Below are positions 9,599 through 21,502 of a stretch of DNA of 50,210 nucleotides, piece by piece. The stretch is from Octopus bimaculoides (Eukaryota). The notes beneath the pieces were generated by a model that was not told the origin of the DNA, searched no databases, and worked only from the letters and a program-made list of their open reading frames with translations. Both the position numbers and the translations under genes were made by a program. How positions within the stretch are numbered: the stretch's first letter is position 1; each line of letters begins with the position of its first letter. The stretch spans positions 95,131,410 through 95,181,619 of the forward strand of contig NC_068989.1 in the NCBI RefSeq assembly GCF_001194135.2, given 5' to 3'.

Positions 9599-11789
9599 AA
9601 CACTGAGGTAGTCGTCTTCTCCTTAAAATTGCTTCTACTAAAATTAGAAAGGATCATGAAATGAAATTTTGAATAACTTATTAAGGCGTATCACATTTAC
9701 AAGAGAATTGGGAGTCGTTCAAAGTTTAAACATTTACTTTAATGCCTTTGTTTGTATGATATAAACACATTTAGAATTACAGCAGGCTTTACTCTGTCAA
9801 ATTCTCGAACCTGTTGATTTTACAAACCGGTCATTTTTATTTGACCAAAAAAATATTATTTTCTACTTTCAGTTGTTTACGGCTGAAAAGCAAATTAGAT
9901 ATTATCCACTGGGTATTTTTAAGTTTCAACAAATTTACGTTCAAGTGCATTTTCAGCTTCATTAGGTACCTCCGGAATACTCTTAACGAATGACTAAGCA
10001 AGGCTTTCTACCTATTGACCACTTGAGTGTAGCCGTTATGTTTCATTGCTCCTAACTTGTCAGTTTTTATATTCTAATAGTTTGAGTGTTACGACTCCTC
10101 TTCTCTTGGTTTATATGTTTGTTTGTTTTTTGTTTCGTTTTTTTTTCTTTTCTTTTCTTTTTTTTTCAAAATTAGATTCAAAAGTACAACAAATATAAGT
10201 TTTTGAAATGAAACTAAAACCATTCAGTTCTATTATCGCCATTCATTTCTAAAATCAATTCAAATCGTTCTGCTCCTATGGTCATTCTCTCCCTCCACAC
10301 TCATAAAAGCATTTATGCACCGCAAGTTAAATCATACAAAATAACTTGCTTTCTGAGTAAAATTCTGTAACGATTTGAAACTCTGTGGCGTTGGAATCTT
10401 TAAAATAGTGTCCTGTATAAATAAATTAGCTTCTGGTCGTTTCATTGAGGAATTAGCAAGGCAGATATCTCGTAAGTATTTCCCATTCTCCGGGCTTTGT
10501 GGCAAACATTAGCCAATTTGTCATAAAAGCTTCTGCTTGAGTTCGGCTTAATCATTCCTTTAACGAATTAATCTCATATGAATCCATGTATTTCTTCTGG
10601 ATTTACTATCTTAATTACGTATAACACCGAAGTACTTGAAAACTACTTTGCTTTTCCGTGCTTCGTCTTATTTATGAAAGATACTTCACACGTCTTATTC
10701 ATTAATATTCGAAATAGATATTATATCTCACAGTTTTCTACTACCTTTACGAGAGCAATTATTTAAACCTTTGCTAATGCAGTAGCATAACTTTGCAAGT
10801 TATTAACAATATTTACATATTATTGAACAGATAAATCGATAAATGACACTCATAAATTTCAACTTTACAATATAAAACTACATTATTTAGATGTTGTTCT
10901 CAAAGAACCAGTTTTCAGAAATGTTCTTCTTATCTGATAAATCCATTAAAACAAATGCATTTTGCCTCTCATTTCGTATTTGTCAAATAGTTTATTTCCT
11001 TTTCCCAAACGAAAAAAACTACCCAGGAATCTACCAAGTTCCCTCATTATTTTTGAAATAATCGCAGGAGAATCTAGTCTCACGGGCCTCCACGCCCCTG
11101 TCCATACAATAGCTCTATCTACCTACCTACCTTTTACGTCATGCCAAAGGAGGTAACTCAATTAAACTTTTTTTTAAATGGTAGTAGTTATGGTAGCGAT
11201 AATGGCGGAGACAGTGGTAAAGGTGGTGGTGGGAGGAAGAGACACGGAGAAAGAGATTAACAGAGAAATGGTAAGGATAGAGATAAAGAGAGAGTGGCGT
11301 GAGAGAGAGAGGGAGAAGCTATTAGCATTCATATGAGAGAAATAGAGAGAGAAAACAAAGAAAAAGAGAAATAAATGACGTCAGTGACAAAACGATGGAA
11401 AGAAAGAAGATAAAGTGGTGGTTGGGGCGATGTTCGTTGTTTGTAACAACTGTTTAATTTTTTTTTTTTTTTTTTAAGTGTTTGGCTTCTGGTTGACTCT
11501 CCCAAGTTTTCTGCAATAAAAGAGCCTGGTTAAGATCTATACAGTTACATTGCCCTACCCGAGCACCTTTCAGTTATGTTATGTTATGATACTGGTATCT
11601 AGGCATATACCAGTGCCCTAATAATTACAGGTATAAAACTGAACTTGTAATCTAGATATAGTAATTGCAAATTTCTCAATAGTTCAGCCTAGGTATTTTC
11701 TTTTTCACTGACCTTTAGCTTTATGTTAACATCCGTTGGGCAGCTATGAACAACTGTACACAGATTCTCTTCACCATCCCAAATTACGT

Positions 11790-11833
11790 ATGTATGTATG
11801 TATGTATGTATGTATGCATGTATGTATGTATGT
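11790..11833. repeat. (TATG)n microsatellite
   Basis: Direct read. Confidence 0.95.
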
Positions 11834-11917
11834 AAACATATCTTGTTTGCGAAGCCTATGGGCACTGTCCCATTCATTTAGATCAGATCAATAAAAATTC
11901 TGTGCGTGAAAACTTAT

Positions 11918-11918
11918 A

Positions 11919-11956
<38 letters not shown>

Positions 11957-12106
11957 GAATAAAAACTAAGGCAACCCTGGCAAGAATTGAACTGAAGAAC
12001 CTAACATTACTAGCTACCTCTGAAAGCCAGATACACATCTAAGTCCGTGTTCTCTTTGCCTGGTTGAGAATGTTTGTGCCAATGATGAGGAGAACAGAAA
12101 TGATGC

Positions 12107-12156
<50 letters not shown>

Positions 12157-12157
12157 T

Positions 12158-12188
<31 letters not shown>
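11918..12188. repeat. Two (GAT)n tracts (about 11918-11953 and 12104-12188)
   Basis: Direct read; they explain the poly-Met ORF 12064-12321. Confidence 0.95.
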
Positions 12189-12189
<1 letters not shown>

Positions 12190-12409
12190 CCTTCTTATAG
12201 TTTTGTTTTTCGGTACAATAGATTATTCCATGTAACTTTTTTTCCTGAACAACCTGGCAGACATTCCTTATATCTAGGCAAACCGAAGCAATGTGGAATT
12301 CAACGTCTTATGCTGATATGAAATAATAGAGCTGTAATGGATTCGAAGTTACGGCTGATGAAGCAATAGTGTGATATCTTATCCGAACAGTTATGGGAGA
12401 CAATGCCCC

Positions 12410-12962
12410 CACGCACACACACACACACATATTAACATACAGAAGCCACATATGTACACATACAGACAGTTGTACTATAACAGACACACAGGCAGGTACA
12501 CCAATATTAACATACATAAATAACATTTGTACACTGACAAATGAACCCAAACATAAACACGTACACATACGTATACACACAGATATTAACATACACAAAT
12601 ATTCTATATGCACACACAAAGACAAATGTATAGAAGCGTCATTCATAGACAAATAAACACAGACGCACTCACATTAACACAAATAATATTTCTACTCACA
12701 AAGGGATCAATGCAGACAAACATACAAACAAGGCAAATACGTGCAAACGTACGCACGAAGATGTAAATAGAAATATACACCAATAATATTTATAAATACA
12801 CAGACAGCTGCATACATACACACAAAAGAACACAGACGCATATAGCATTATACGCAAAATAGCATTATACGCAAAATAGCATTTGCACATAGATGTAGAA
12901 CAAATACATTTATATATTTACTAAAATATTTATTTACAATTGTACCATATATATAATACGTT

Positions 12963-13034
<72 letters not shown>

Positions 13035-13060
13035 TACATACACACATACACATACACACA
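12410..13060. repeat. AC-rich low-complexity region ending in (AC)n
   Basis: Direct read; includes a 17-bp tandem duplication at 12842-12883. Confidence 0.85.
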
Positions 13061-14494
13061 CCATAGAAAGACAGTCTCTTGTATGCGTAGAAAACTGGGT
13101 GGCTTCGACTCATACAATAACATGGCTCCAATAACTTGCCTGAAATACGATTTGCTGATAAATTATATTCACCAGAGTGTTTACAGAATTATAAAATTGG
13201 AAATAAATTCCACTTGTGTTCCTGACTTTTAACATTATTCAGGAAAAAAAAACTAGCTTATTAACTTATACAAAATACGCTTGTTATGCATTTCTCCAAA
13301 TATTTATTTGCAAATAGCAGCAAAATTTTCAGTTGCTTGCAATGAGCATTTAAGTAGAGAAGGTTGTCTTTCCAATTTATCGCGTTAGGCAGACCCTAGA
13401 AACGTCCATTGATATCGAAAGAGAAAAATTCAATTTCCCACGACTCTTTCAGGAATATTTTAGTTAAGGTAGAACACCAGAGAAATGGTTGTGTGTGTGT
13501 AAGAAAAATAAATACAATGAATAAAAGGAGAGAGAGAGACTAACGCAAAGAGAGAATGGAAAAGAGAGAAAACTCAAAACGGTTGCTGTGGTAGTAATAA
13601 TATTCTATATAAAATTAGATTTTATTTCTATATTTAGAAAAGTTGAAAAAGGTTATGGCACTGGTAGCATTTTAGCGAAAATTTAACATGCACGTTAGAA
13701 AAACTATAAAGCAAATTATAACAGCGTAAGTATACATAATGCTAAGTATAGATTTTAAACAAGACTCTTGTGTTTAAATATAGTCAGAAGAGCTACTACC
13801 AACGTTATGAAACAGCAACAGGTTCGTTTCTGGCTATTTTAGACTAGAAAGCATTAATGATAAAACATGAAAATAATGAGTAAACTTACAATTAATTAGT
13901 AATGAGTACCCTACCTGTTGCTAAGTTGTAGCATGTAGTCTGCTTAGAGGTTTGGTTAAAAATATCAAGGAACTCGAAGATCTATTACAGTCAAATATCC
14001 AAATATTGATGCCAGGAATAATTTATACATTCTTAATACTAAAACCTCTTCTAGATTGATTATTGAATTTTTCGATGAATGCTTTGTTGCTCAGCTGCCC
14101 ATTTACTGGAAGGTTAATTATTGGTTTCGTAGTTGAAATCGTGCTCTTTGCAACAGATATGTGAGACCATTCCAAGGAAATAATCTCCAATCTGCTAATT
14201 AAGAAAGGTATTCAACAACAACATAGAATTTGACATCCATCTCATAAAAATAAAACATAAGAATTTACATTAACGAATATTACAAGTCTATCGAAGCTTC
14301 CATTGTATGTATTCGTTAAGTAATGAAACGAATAACATGTGCAGAACATGCAAATTCTGGTTTGAATAATAAGATATAACTCAACCAATCGAAACTATTG
14401 ATCACTTTCGATTTGTTGCGGATAAAAGTTACTGCTTATAGTTTTTCATTTAAGTAAAATGACAGCAATTTTAGTTGAGATATTATTTGATTAA

Positions 14495-14575
14495 ATTGAC
14501 CCCAGCACTTGACTGGTATTTATTTTATCGACCATGGAAGAATGAATAGCAAGCTCACCTCGGAGAAATTGAAAT
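14495..14575 (-). mobile_element. Internal fragment of a family A SINE
   Basis: gaccccagcacttgactggtatttattttatcgaccatggaagaatgaatagcaagctcacctcgg is the reverse complement of the family A core. Confidence 0.65.
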
Positions 14576-14659
14576 TTGGACTTAAAGATTTGGAACAAAC
14601 GCCACAAAACATTGTGTCCAACGCAAAAGGATTTTACCGAGACACGTCACTGATAAAAC

Positions 14660-14775
14660 TTGTAAGTAATAATATTTCGGATGAAGGCTGGAGGGTACAT
14701 CAGCCGAAACGTTGTCCTAACAAAAAACACGATGAGGACAAATATCCGTCGAATGTAAATAATGTAAATAATGAA
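14660..14775 (+). mobile_element. Penelope-like element tail fragment containing a hammerhead-like core
   Basis: cggatga-a-ggctg-gagggtacat-cagcc-gaaa-c-gtt-gtc, followed by a tail shared with 3081-3165. The PLE assignment is inferred from the known association of minimal hammerheads with PLE ends. Confidence 0.55.
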
Positions 14776-14884
14776 TATTTCGGATGTCTACGGAAACCAA
14801 TTCTTACAAGCAAAATATTTGGCAGAATGCTGGAGATTGTGAAATAAATACACTTCATTCGTTTATTTTAAAGTTTTCAATGGC

Positions 14885-14974
14885 ACAGACAGACAGACAG
14901 ACACACAGACAGACAGACACACAGACAGGCAGGTAGACAGACAGACATACAGACAGACAGATAGATAGATAGAC

Positions 14975-15025
<51 letters not shown>

Positions 15026-15045
15026 CAGGTAGATAGATAGATCCA
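14885..15045. repeat. (CAGA)n/(TAGA)n compound microsatellite
   Basis: Direct read. Confidence 0.97.
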
Positions 15046-16000
15046 TTCCTCCAAGAAATTGTTACATAAGTATCCAAGTGACTGGTATTTTTTATTTAGA
15101 CTCACAAAATAAATACCAGATAATGACTCGTTAGACTCTCTGATTTGTTTCCCTCAAACCAAGAAGATTTGTAACTAATGAAATCATTAATGTCTAAAAT
15201 GTTTAAGACGTAGCCTCTTAATTTGTGCGCCATTAACATAACATTTGGAGAGGTTGAAAAAGCAATGATGCTGTGTTGAGTTATCTTCCGATATTTCAGT
15301 AGATAAGTCTCTGAGACTCATAACTCGAAAATGGCCGTTTAGGTTGTTCTATATTCGAATAACTTCGGAGGATTACGGATTCTTCGATTAGAGAAAGAAG
15401 GAAAGTAATGTTTTGCATACTTTGTTAGGGTGTAGAGCTGCGTTCGATTCTTTTGTTAGTCATTAAGTTACGTAATTTAATGCGTAAATAAATGCTAATT
15501 AATTAAAAGTACAACCATGTGAAGAGAAATAAATGGTCAATTAGCTTAGTGGTAATTCTGGTCAAGAAAAGTAAGGGAGATAATTCACCAATATTTAATC
15601 CCATTAAAATTCATTAATGCTCAAGTGTTGGCATGTAACGGGGAAGAGGTCCATTTTGAAGTATGAAAACTTACACACATATGCTGGATCGGGTCTCCTA
15701 AGGAGTGGCAAAGAACTAATGGATTTTGAGAGTCTTTATACTTCTATTGACTGTTAAAGATAGCCAGGTCGACAAAATGCCGGATTATTGATTAAAGTGA
15801 CGACGGTTTACTTCAGAACACTGGCGTTACACTTCAGCTTCAAGATCTTCGTCAATATAATTCAAAATAAGTAACTTGAAGTCACAGAAGGAGCACTGGA
15901 TAATTGACGAATACTTAGAGGGAGCAAGTTTTTACCAACATCTTTGGACAAAATAACTGCGGTACTGTCTGTTGCGATCACTACATATTCTTTTCAGTGC

Positions 16001-16775
16001 ATTATTAGTTCGTCCGTCGTTGTCAGTGATGACCAATGACATCAAACGTTGCAAAGAAGACGGAGAACAGTGTGTCCAGCTGTGGCCAATCAGTCTCCGA
16101 TACTTGCTTGGAAGACATTGCCGCACTTCGGGTACCGGTGTTGGGACTAAAAGTAAGCAGTTGGCTCTGGACTTGCGTAGTTTGTGTTTTCTTTGTACCC
16201 TGGAATTCTGTTCTGTTCGTAAGGGGTGGTACCTTTGTTAGTGCAGCTTCGCCAGGCAGGACAGCTTGTGCTTGCATTTCTCAGGTGTCGGGGTTTGATC
16301 TCAAAAGTCCTCAGTGAGGCTTTGGGCGTGTCCTTGAAGCGCTTTTTCTATTCACCTAGCATGCGTTTATCTTCTGCCAGTTCGCTGTAAAAAAGCAGTC
16401 TTTTGGGGAGTCGCATGTCAGTTATTCGAGCCAGCTGGCCCTGTCCACCTGACAAGCGCTCTCCTCGGCAGTACGTAAATGTTTGACAGATCAGCTCGAG
16501 AGAGAGAACCTCCGTGTCTGGAACCTTGTCCAGCCAAATGCTTTTCAACAGCTTCCTCAGGCTTTTTATGTGGAAGTGGTTTAGCTTTTGGCGTGACATT
16601 CATAAACCGTCCAAGCCACGCGGGTGTACCCTTAGCATAGGCTGTACATCTACTTGGTACACTTTCAACTTAGTGACCAACCTAATGCCTCTTCTCCCCC
16701 ACATTGATTCACGTAGCTGCCCGAATGCTAAGCTTCCCCTGACGATGCGCATCATTTTATATTGATTCACACATC
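16001..16775 (-). mobile_element. 5'-truncated RTE-clade (BovB-like) LINE 3' end, pseudogenised
   Basis: Across frames: RIVRGSLAFGQLRESMWGRRGIRLVTKLKVY; KLNHFHIKSLRKLLKSIWLDKVPDTEVLS; RLPKRLLFYSELAEDKR..KKRFKDT.KASL; the C-terminal zinc knuckle remnant (YPKCGNVFQASIG / LIGHSWTH); and the 3'UTR tgatgtcattggtcatcactgacaacgacggacgaactaataat. Confidence 0.92.
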
Positions 16776-17213
16776 TGTGCAATTTCATTATTGGAATTCT
16801 AACAGTTTAACTGTAGTTTTTTACTTTGAAATACAAAAGTGAAAATCTTCTAGAAAATAACGACTGCCATAAAATATATTGATTATCTTTACAAAGTAAA
16901 AGAAATTAAAGTATTTCATTTTTCTTTTTTTTCAGCTTGGGAGGCACGTTTATGTTACATCCTTTACATATACTTACATATACTTACATATACTTTTTTG
17001 AACAAACAAATTGAAGACAATTTAATTTAGTAACGCAGCGTATCGTTCAACGTTTCTGTTTATAAAACAATGCTATCTACAAATGTTATTGGGAGGCCTG
17101 AATCCATGTGCTATGTCACACATGAAATTGTTGCGCGTGTCTTGCTGAGACATTCGTCAGTAAATTTTCAAGTAGACGCACATTTTGGTCCAATAAATCG
17201 CTTAAATAATTAT

Positions 17214-17405
17214 AACCCTCCATTGCTTAACAACTGGTGTTGGATTGTTTCCGTCCCTGTAACCTAGCGTTTTGAGGAAGACGAACGATAGAGTAAGTAC
17301 AAAACGTTAAAAAACAATAACCAGTGGGGTCGATTTGTTCGACTAAGCCCTACAAGGTGGTGCCCCAGCATAGCCACAGTCCAATGTGTGAAGCAAATAA
17401 ATAAG
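17214..17405 (+). mobile_element. Family B SINE 3' half
   Basis: gcttaacaactggtgttgg...ggggtcgatttgttcgactaag...ggtggtgccccagcatagccacagtc. Confidence 0.85.
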
Positions 17406-17531
17406 TCGCTGAATTGCCCACTCAGTCTTGTACAATGCGACTAACGGCTTTACATCAAGAATTTGAAATTTCTCAAAAGATATTCCGCAAGGATCAGTCT
17501 TTTTATCCATTCTTCCCAAATCTACAACAAT

Positions 17532-17734
17532 AGCTAGCAGAAACTTTAGCACGCTGGACGAAATGCTTAGCGGTTTTTTTCGTCTGTCTTTACGTTCTGA
17601 GTTCAAATTCCGCCGAGGTCGACTTTGTTTTTCATCCTGTCGGTGTCCATAAATTAAGCACCAGTTGTGTACTGGGGTCGATTTAATCGACTGGCTCCCT
17701 CCCTAAAAACCTCGGGCCTTGTAGATTAGAAAAG
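17532..17734 (+). mobile_element. Family A SINE, near full length
   Basis: Colinear with 1619-1830. Confidence 0.92.
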
Positions 17735-17861
17735 AATATTTTCGCATCTTCGCAAAGCAGAGACATAGCGCCATATTTTGAAAACATCAGCATCTCATCT
17801 CTGTTTCTCACACAGCAACGCGATCAATTACTTCCCTGCGATCAATTACTTCCCTGCACCA

Positions 17862-18130
17862 ACCATATTTGAAACAGCGCCGAGGAGAATTTTAGTCGAC
17901 CGAATCGAACCTAGTACTTATATAGTTTTCTAAACATATAATTTTCTATCAGTCTCTTTTACCGAACCGCTAAGTCATGGGGGCGTATACACACCAGGCC
18001 AGCACCCGTTGTGAAGCGGTGGTGGGGATAAGTACGGCCACAAAGACATGCACACGCACGCGCGCACACAAATGCACGCGCGCGCGCATATATATGTATG
18101 CATGTATATATATATATATATATATATGCA
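17862..18130 (-). mobile_element. Family B SINE 3' half plus internal microsatellite; head lost
   Basis: ttagtcgaccgaatcgaacctagtac...accgaaccgctaagtcatgggggcgtatacacacc...gcggtggtgggga, then (CA/CG/AT)n. Confidence 0.8.
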
Positions 18131-18820
18131 CTAACACCATAAAAACGTTTGTAACACGTTTAGAATGATACACAAAGCAAAATGACAAACAATGATACAT
18201 CAGACACACACACTCTCTATATTTGGCCGACAAGAAGAAATACGAAAAATGTATAAACAATCCATTTAGATTCATTATGGATTAAGCCAGTCCTGCATGG
18301 CTCCAAATACACCCACCACTGACTACAAAATACTACAAAGACCACGTAACATAAATGTAAACGTATTTGTAAAAGGTTTTGTAAATCAATAAGACGCTCA
18401 ATAGTTCTGTAATATCAAACATTATCCTTTATCAAAGCGCTAACAACAGTTTCCGGTCATATATTGACTTTGACGTGCACGGCTTATCGAGAAAACAAAG
18501 GCATTGATACACTCGGAAACATTACAGGCTGCAACACAGACCATGCTTGTAGATCAGATACAAAATTAAACCAAATATACTACAAACGGGTAGCTACCTG
18601 GATATGTGAGATGTACAAGTTATGGCTGCAGCAATCTCTGGCTTCTCTGTCCTTGTCGCTACATGTTGTGCTTACGAAATCACTCCTAAACGCCCAAGCA
18701 CAGCTTCGACTATTCTATAAACGTAAGAAACTCGAGCGAACACTAAGAACAGCCGGGTCGATAGGGTTCATGGATCCTAAACACAGTGTTGAGATGTCTG
18801 CCACCATTGATATAACTGTG

Positions 18821-19040
18821 AGAGCACGTGGATCAGTGGTCAAGGCATTCGGCTCGCGACCCTAAGGCTGTCAGTTCGATTCCTGGTGGTGCACGAATCG
18901 CACTCACATCGTGTCCTTCAGCAAGACACTTTATTTCACGCTGCTCCAGTCCACTCAGCTGGCAAAAATAAGCTGTACCTGTAGTTCAAAGGGCCAACTT
19001 ATCACATTCCATGTCACGCTGAATTTCCTTAAGGCAACTA
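18821..19040 (+). mobile_element. Family C SINE, 3'-truncated
   Basis: A-box-like tggatcagtgg, B-box gttcgattcc, then gtgtccttcagcaagacactttatttcacgctgctccagtccactcagctggc; matches 1133-1447. Confidence 0.88.
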
Positions 19041-19580
19041 ACTGAATATACAAGTGTAAAAGGAAGCCTCTTTGTCCTAAGGCAATCCACCAGAAACAGT
19101 AGTCAAATCTTCTGAAATTGATACATCCTACAGTCTTTAAAAAGAAGGAAGACACTCGAGACGGTATAATCTTGTATATGCATAAACACGGGATGGTCAA
19201 CAACATGAGTGACGTCAAAGACACGATGGACTACACCTTGGTGCCACAGTTCTGTTCATTCATAACTGAACAGATATTCAATATGATGAGCCAAGATATT
19301 TTACTTTCATTAAAATATCAGCCGTAGTGACAAGCAAAACTTCACGTCAAAAAGGTATGAATATGCAATGAGGAGTGAGTTTGATCCTTGGCATTAGGGT
19401 GCAACTCCGGACGTGTTTCGATACGATTAGTTCTCATTTACTTATCAATTCTTTGAATTACTGGATATATTTAGTGAATTAGCACTAAACGGCGGCGTGT
19501 GTAAGCTAAAACGACAATTCAGTTTCGAATTGTGGCACTTGCCATTTCATAAATGTCCTTAATAATTATGAGAAATGTGT

Positions 19581-19790
19581 GAGGCGGTGAGCAAGCAGAT
19601 TCGTTAACACGCCGGATAAAATACTTAGCGGCATTCGTCCGTCTTCAAATTCCGTTGAGGTTGACATTGTCTTGCATCTTTTGGGGATCGGTGATAAAAT
19701 AAGGACCAGTTGAGCACTGTGGTCGATGTAATTTACTTACTCCTCCCCCGATATTGCTAGCCTTGTGCCAGAATGTGAAGCCAATAATAA
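19581..19790 (+). mobile_element. Family A variant SINE, diverged
   Basis: Family A head with the variant tail tgctagccttgtgccagaatgtgaagccaataataat. Confidence 0.8.
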
Positions 19791-20177
19791 TCAGAGCTAA
19801 AACATTGTTGAAGCTAGTTACTCCATTAAAAAGATTGAGAATAGAAAATTTGGGGGTAAATTTCTTAAATGAATTGCAACGATATAATGCGATTTTGTAA
19901 TATGGAAGGCGCTACTGGCCATAATTTCAACAGATTGAAAGTCGTGAGAGAAACAAATGTATTTTACATATGTATTTAGATATTTACTGTGTAACAGATA
20001 TTTACTTTTCACTCTATGCCGTTGATAATGTTAGATAAAACGGAATCATGTACTTTGTGACAAGTTTACCATTTCTCGTCACCACTAAACCATTTTTCTC
20101 TACTATCGGTAAATATATATTTTTTAAAAAATCATTCGTCTTTTAAACAACAAAAGATCTCTGAGTTTCCTAACATA

Positions 20178-20213
20178 TTATTATTATTATCATTATTATC
20201 ATCATTATTATTA

Positions 20214-20297
<84 letters not shown>

Positions 20298-20298
20298 T
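20178..20298. repeat. (ATT)n microsatellite with ATC interruptions
   Basis: Direct read. Confidence 0.97.
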
Positions 20299-20756
20299 AT
20301 TGCATATATTTTTTATACCTTTTCATTTGTTCGATCGATCGCTGTTTCCCTTCTTTCCCCTCCCCTCTTTATTCCTTCAACCACCAACCGTTTATTTAAT
20401 CTTTTCCTTTTGTTAACATCTCATATTTCGCTATATGCTTGCAGGTTACTCTCTTTCCCCGACTCTGCATTATCTTCGTCTGTTTGCCCGTTCTTTAAAA
20501 TAGGTGTACAGCTCTACATTTAGTTTGCAAATATTAGCCTGAGGCGTCATCATATTATTATTGTTCTTGTTGTTTTCATTATTATTATTATTATTATTAT
20601 TATTAGGAAGGAGAAAAATACTTTTATTATTATCTATTACTGGTAGTATTTATTCGTTGCACCATTAGTAGTAGTTTGCATCAGGATCTGTTGTTGTTAT
20701 TGTTGTTGTTAGGAATTATAATGGCTAAAGTGAAAATCGAAATATCATATTTGTCA

Positions 20757-20767
20757 GTCTCTCTTTC

Positions 20768-20807
<40 letters not shown>

Positions 20808-20820
20808 ACTNNNNNNNNNN

Positions 20821-20864
<44 letters not shown>

Positions 20865-20870
20865 ACTCAC
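20757..20870. repeat. (CT)n microsatellite with a 10-N gap
   Basis: Direct read. Confidence 0.95.
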
Positions 20871-21189
20871 TCGCTGCGCTTCTTTCTCCTTCACTTTTTT
20901 TTCCTTTCTGTCGCTAATTTTTCACCACACTTCACGACTCTCTTACTTTCTTTTCTTTTTTTCTTTTTCTTTTACAGTTCGAAATATCTTGTATTGTAAA
21001 GACAACTTTTCATAAAAACATATTCAGATTGAATGGAACGTGTGGCCTCTGGAAACATGTTTCTTCCTCTCAAATCACACTTACAGTATATTCTTAGAAA
21101 ATCCTTGAAAGACACTTTCTGCTACAGGACAGAAACAAATCTTATTCGTACACCTACAGACAGACAACTATATCTACATAGAAAAGCAA

Positions 21190-21502
21190 ACATATATGCG
21201 CATATATACTCATAGATACACACAAACACACACACATACATGTATATATATATAATACATATATAGTAAGTGGATGCATGTGAGTATATATCTTTATGTA
21301 TCTATGTGTGCATATATATACATGTTTGTAAGTATACACATGTATATATGCATATGCATACAATTATACATAGGCACATATATATATAACTATATATACA
21401 CATACACACACACATATACATATATATGTATATGTGTGTGTATATATATATAATCATTACGCACGTTTACACACATTGATATACACGTTTATATACACAC
21501 AC
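21190..21502. repeat. AT/AC/GT compound low-complexity tract
   Basis: Direct read. Confidence 0.9.

Noticed and set aside
10380-10660. Possible decayed transposase frame on the minus strand (…SFYDKLANVCHKARR…)
   Set aside because: Multiple stops and no diagnostic motif that I can name with confidence.
11376-11383. Isolated full CRE palindromes (also 19210-19217)
   Set aside because: Single 8-mers without supporting context are near chance expectation.
13654-13667. TATGGCACTGGTAG, identical to the first 14 nt of miR-183-family mature sequences
   Set aside because: The 3' part diverges and neither flank can form a precursor hairpin; probably a chance match.
14509-14847. 112-aa ORF as a candidate gene
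   Set aside because: It is a read-through of a SINE fragment and a Penelope-like tail.
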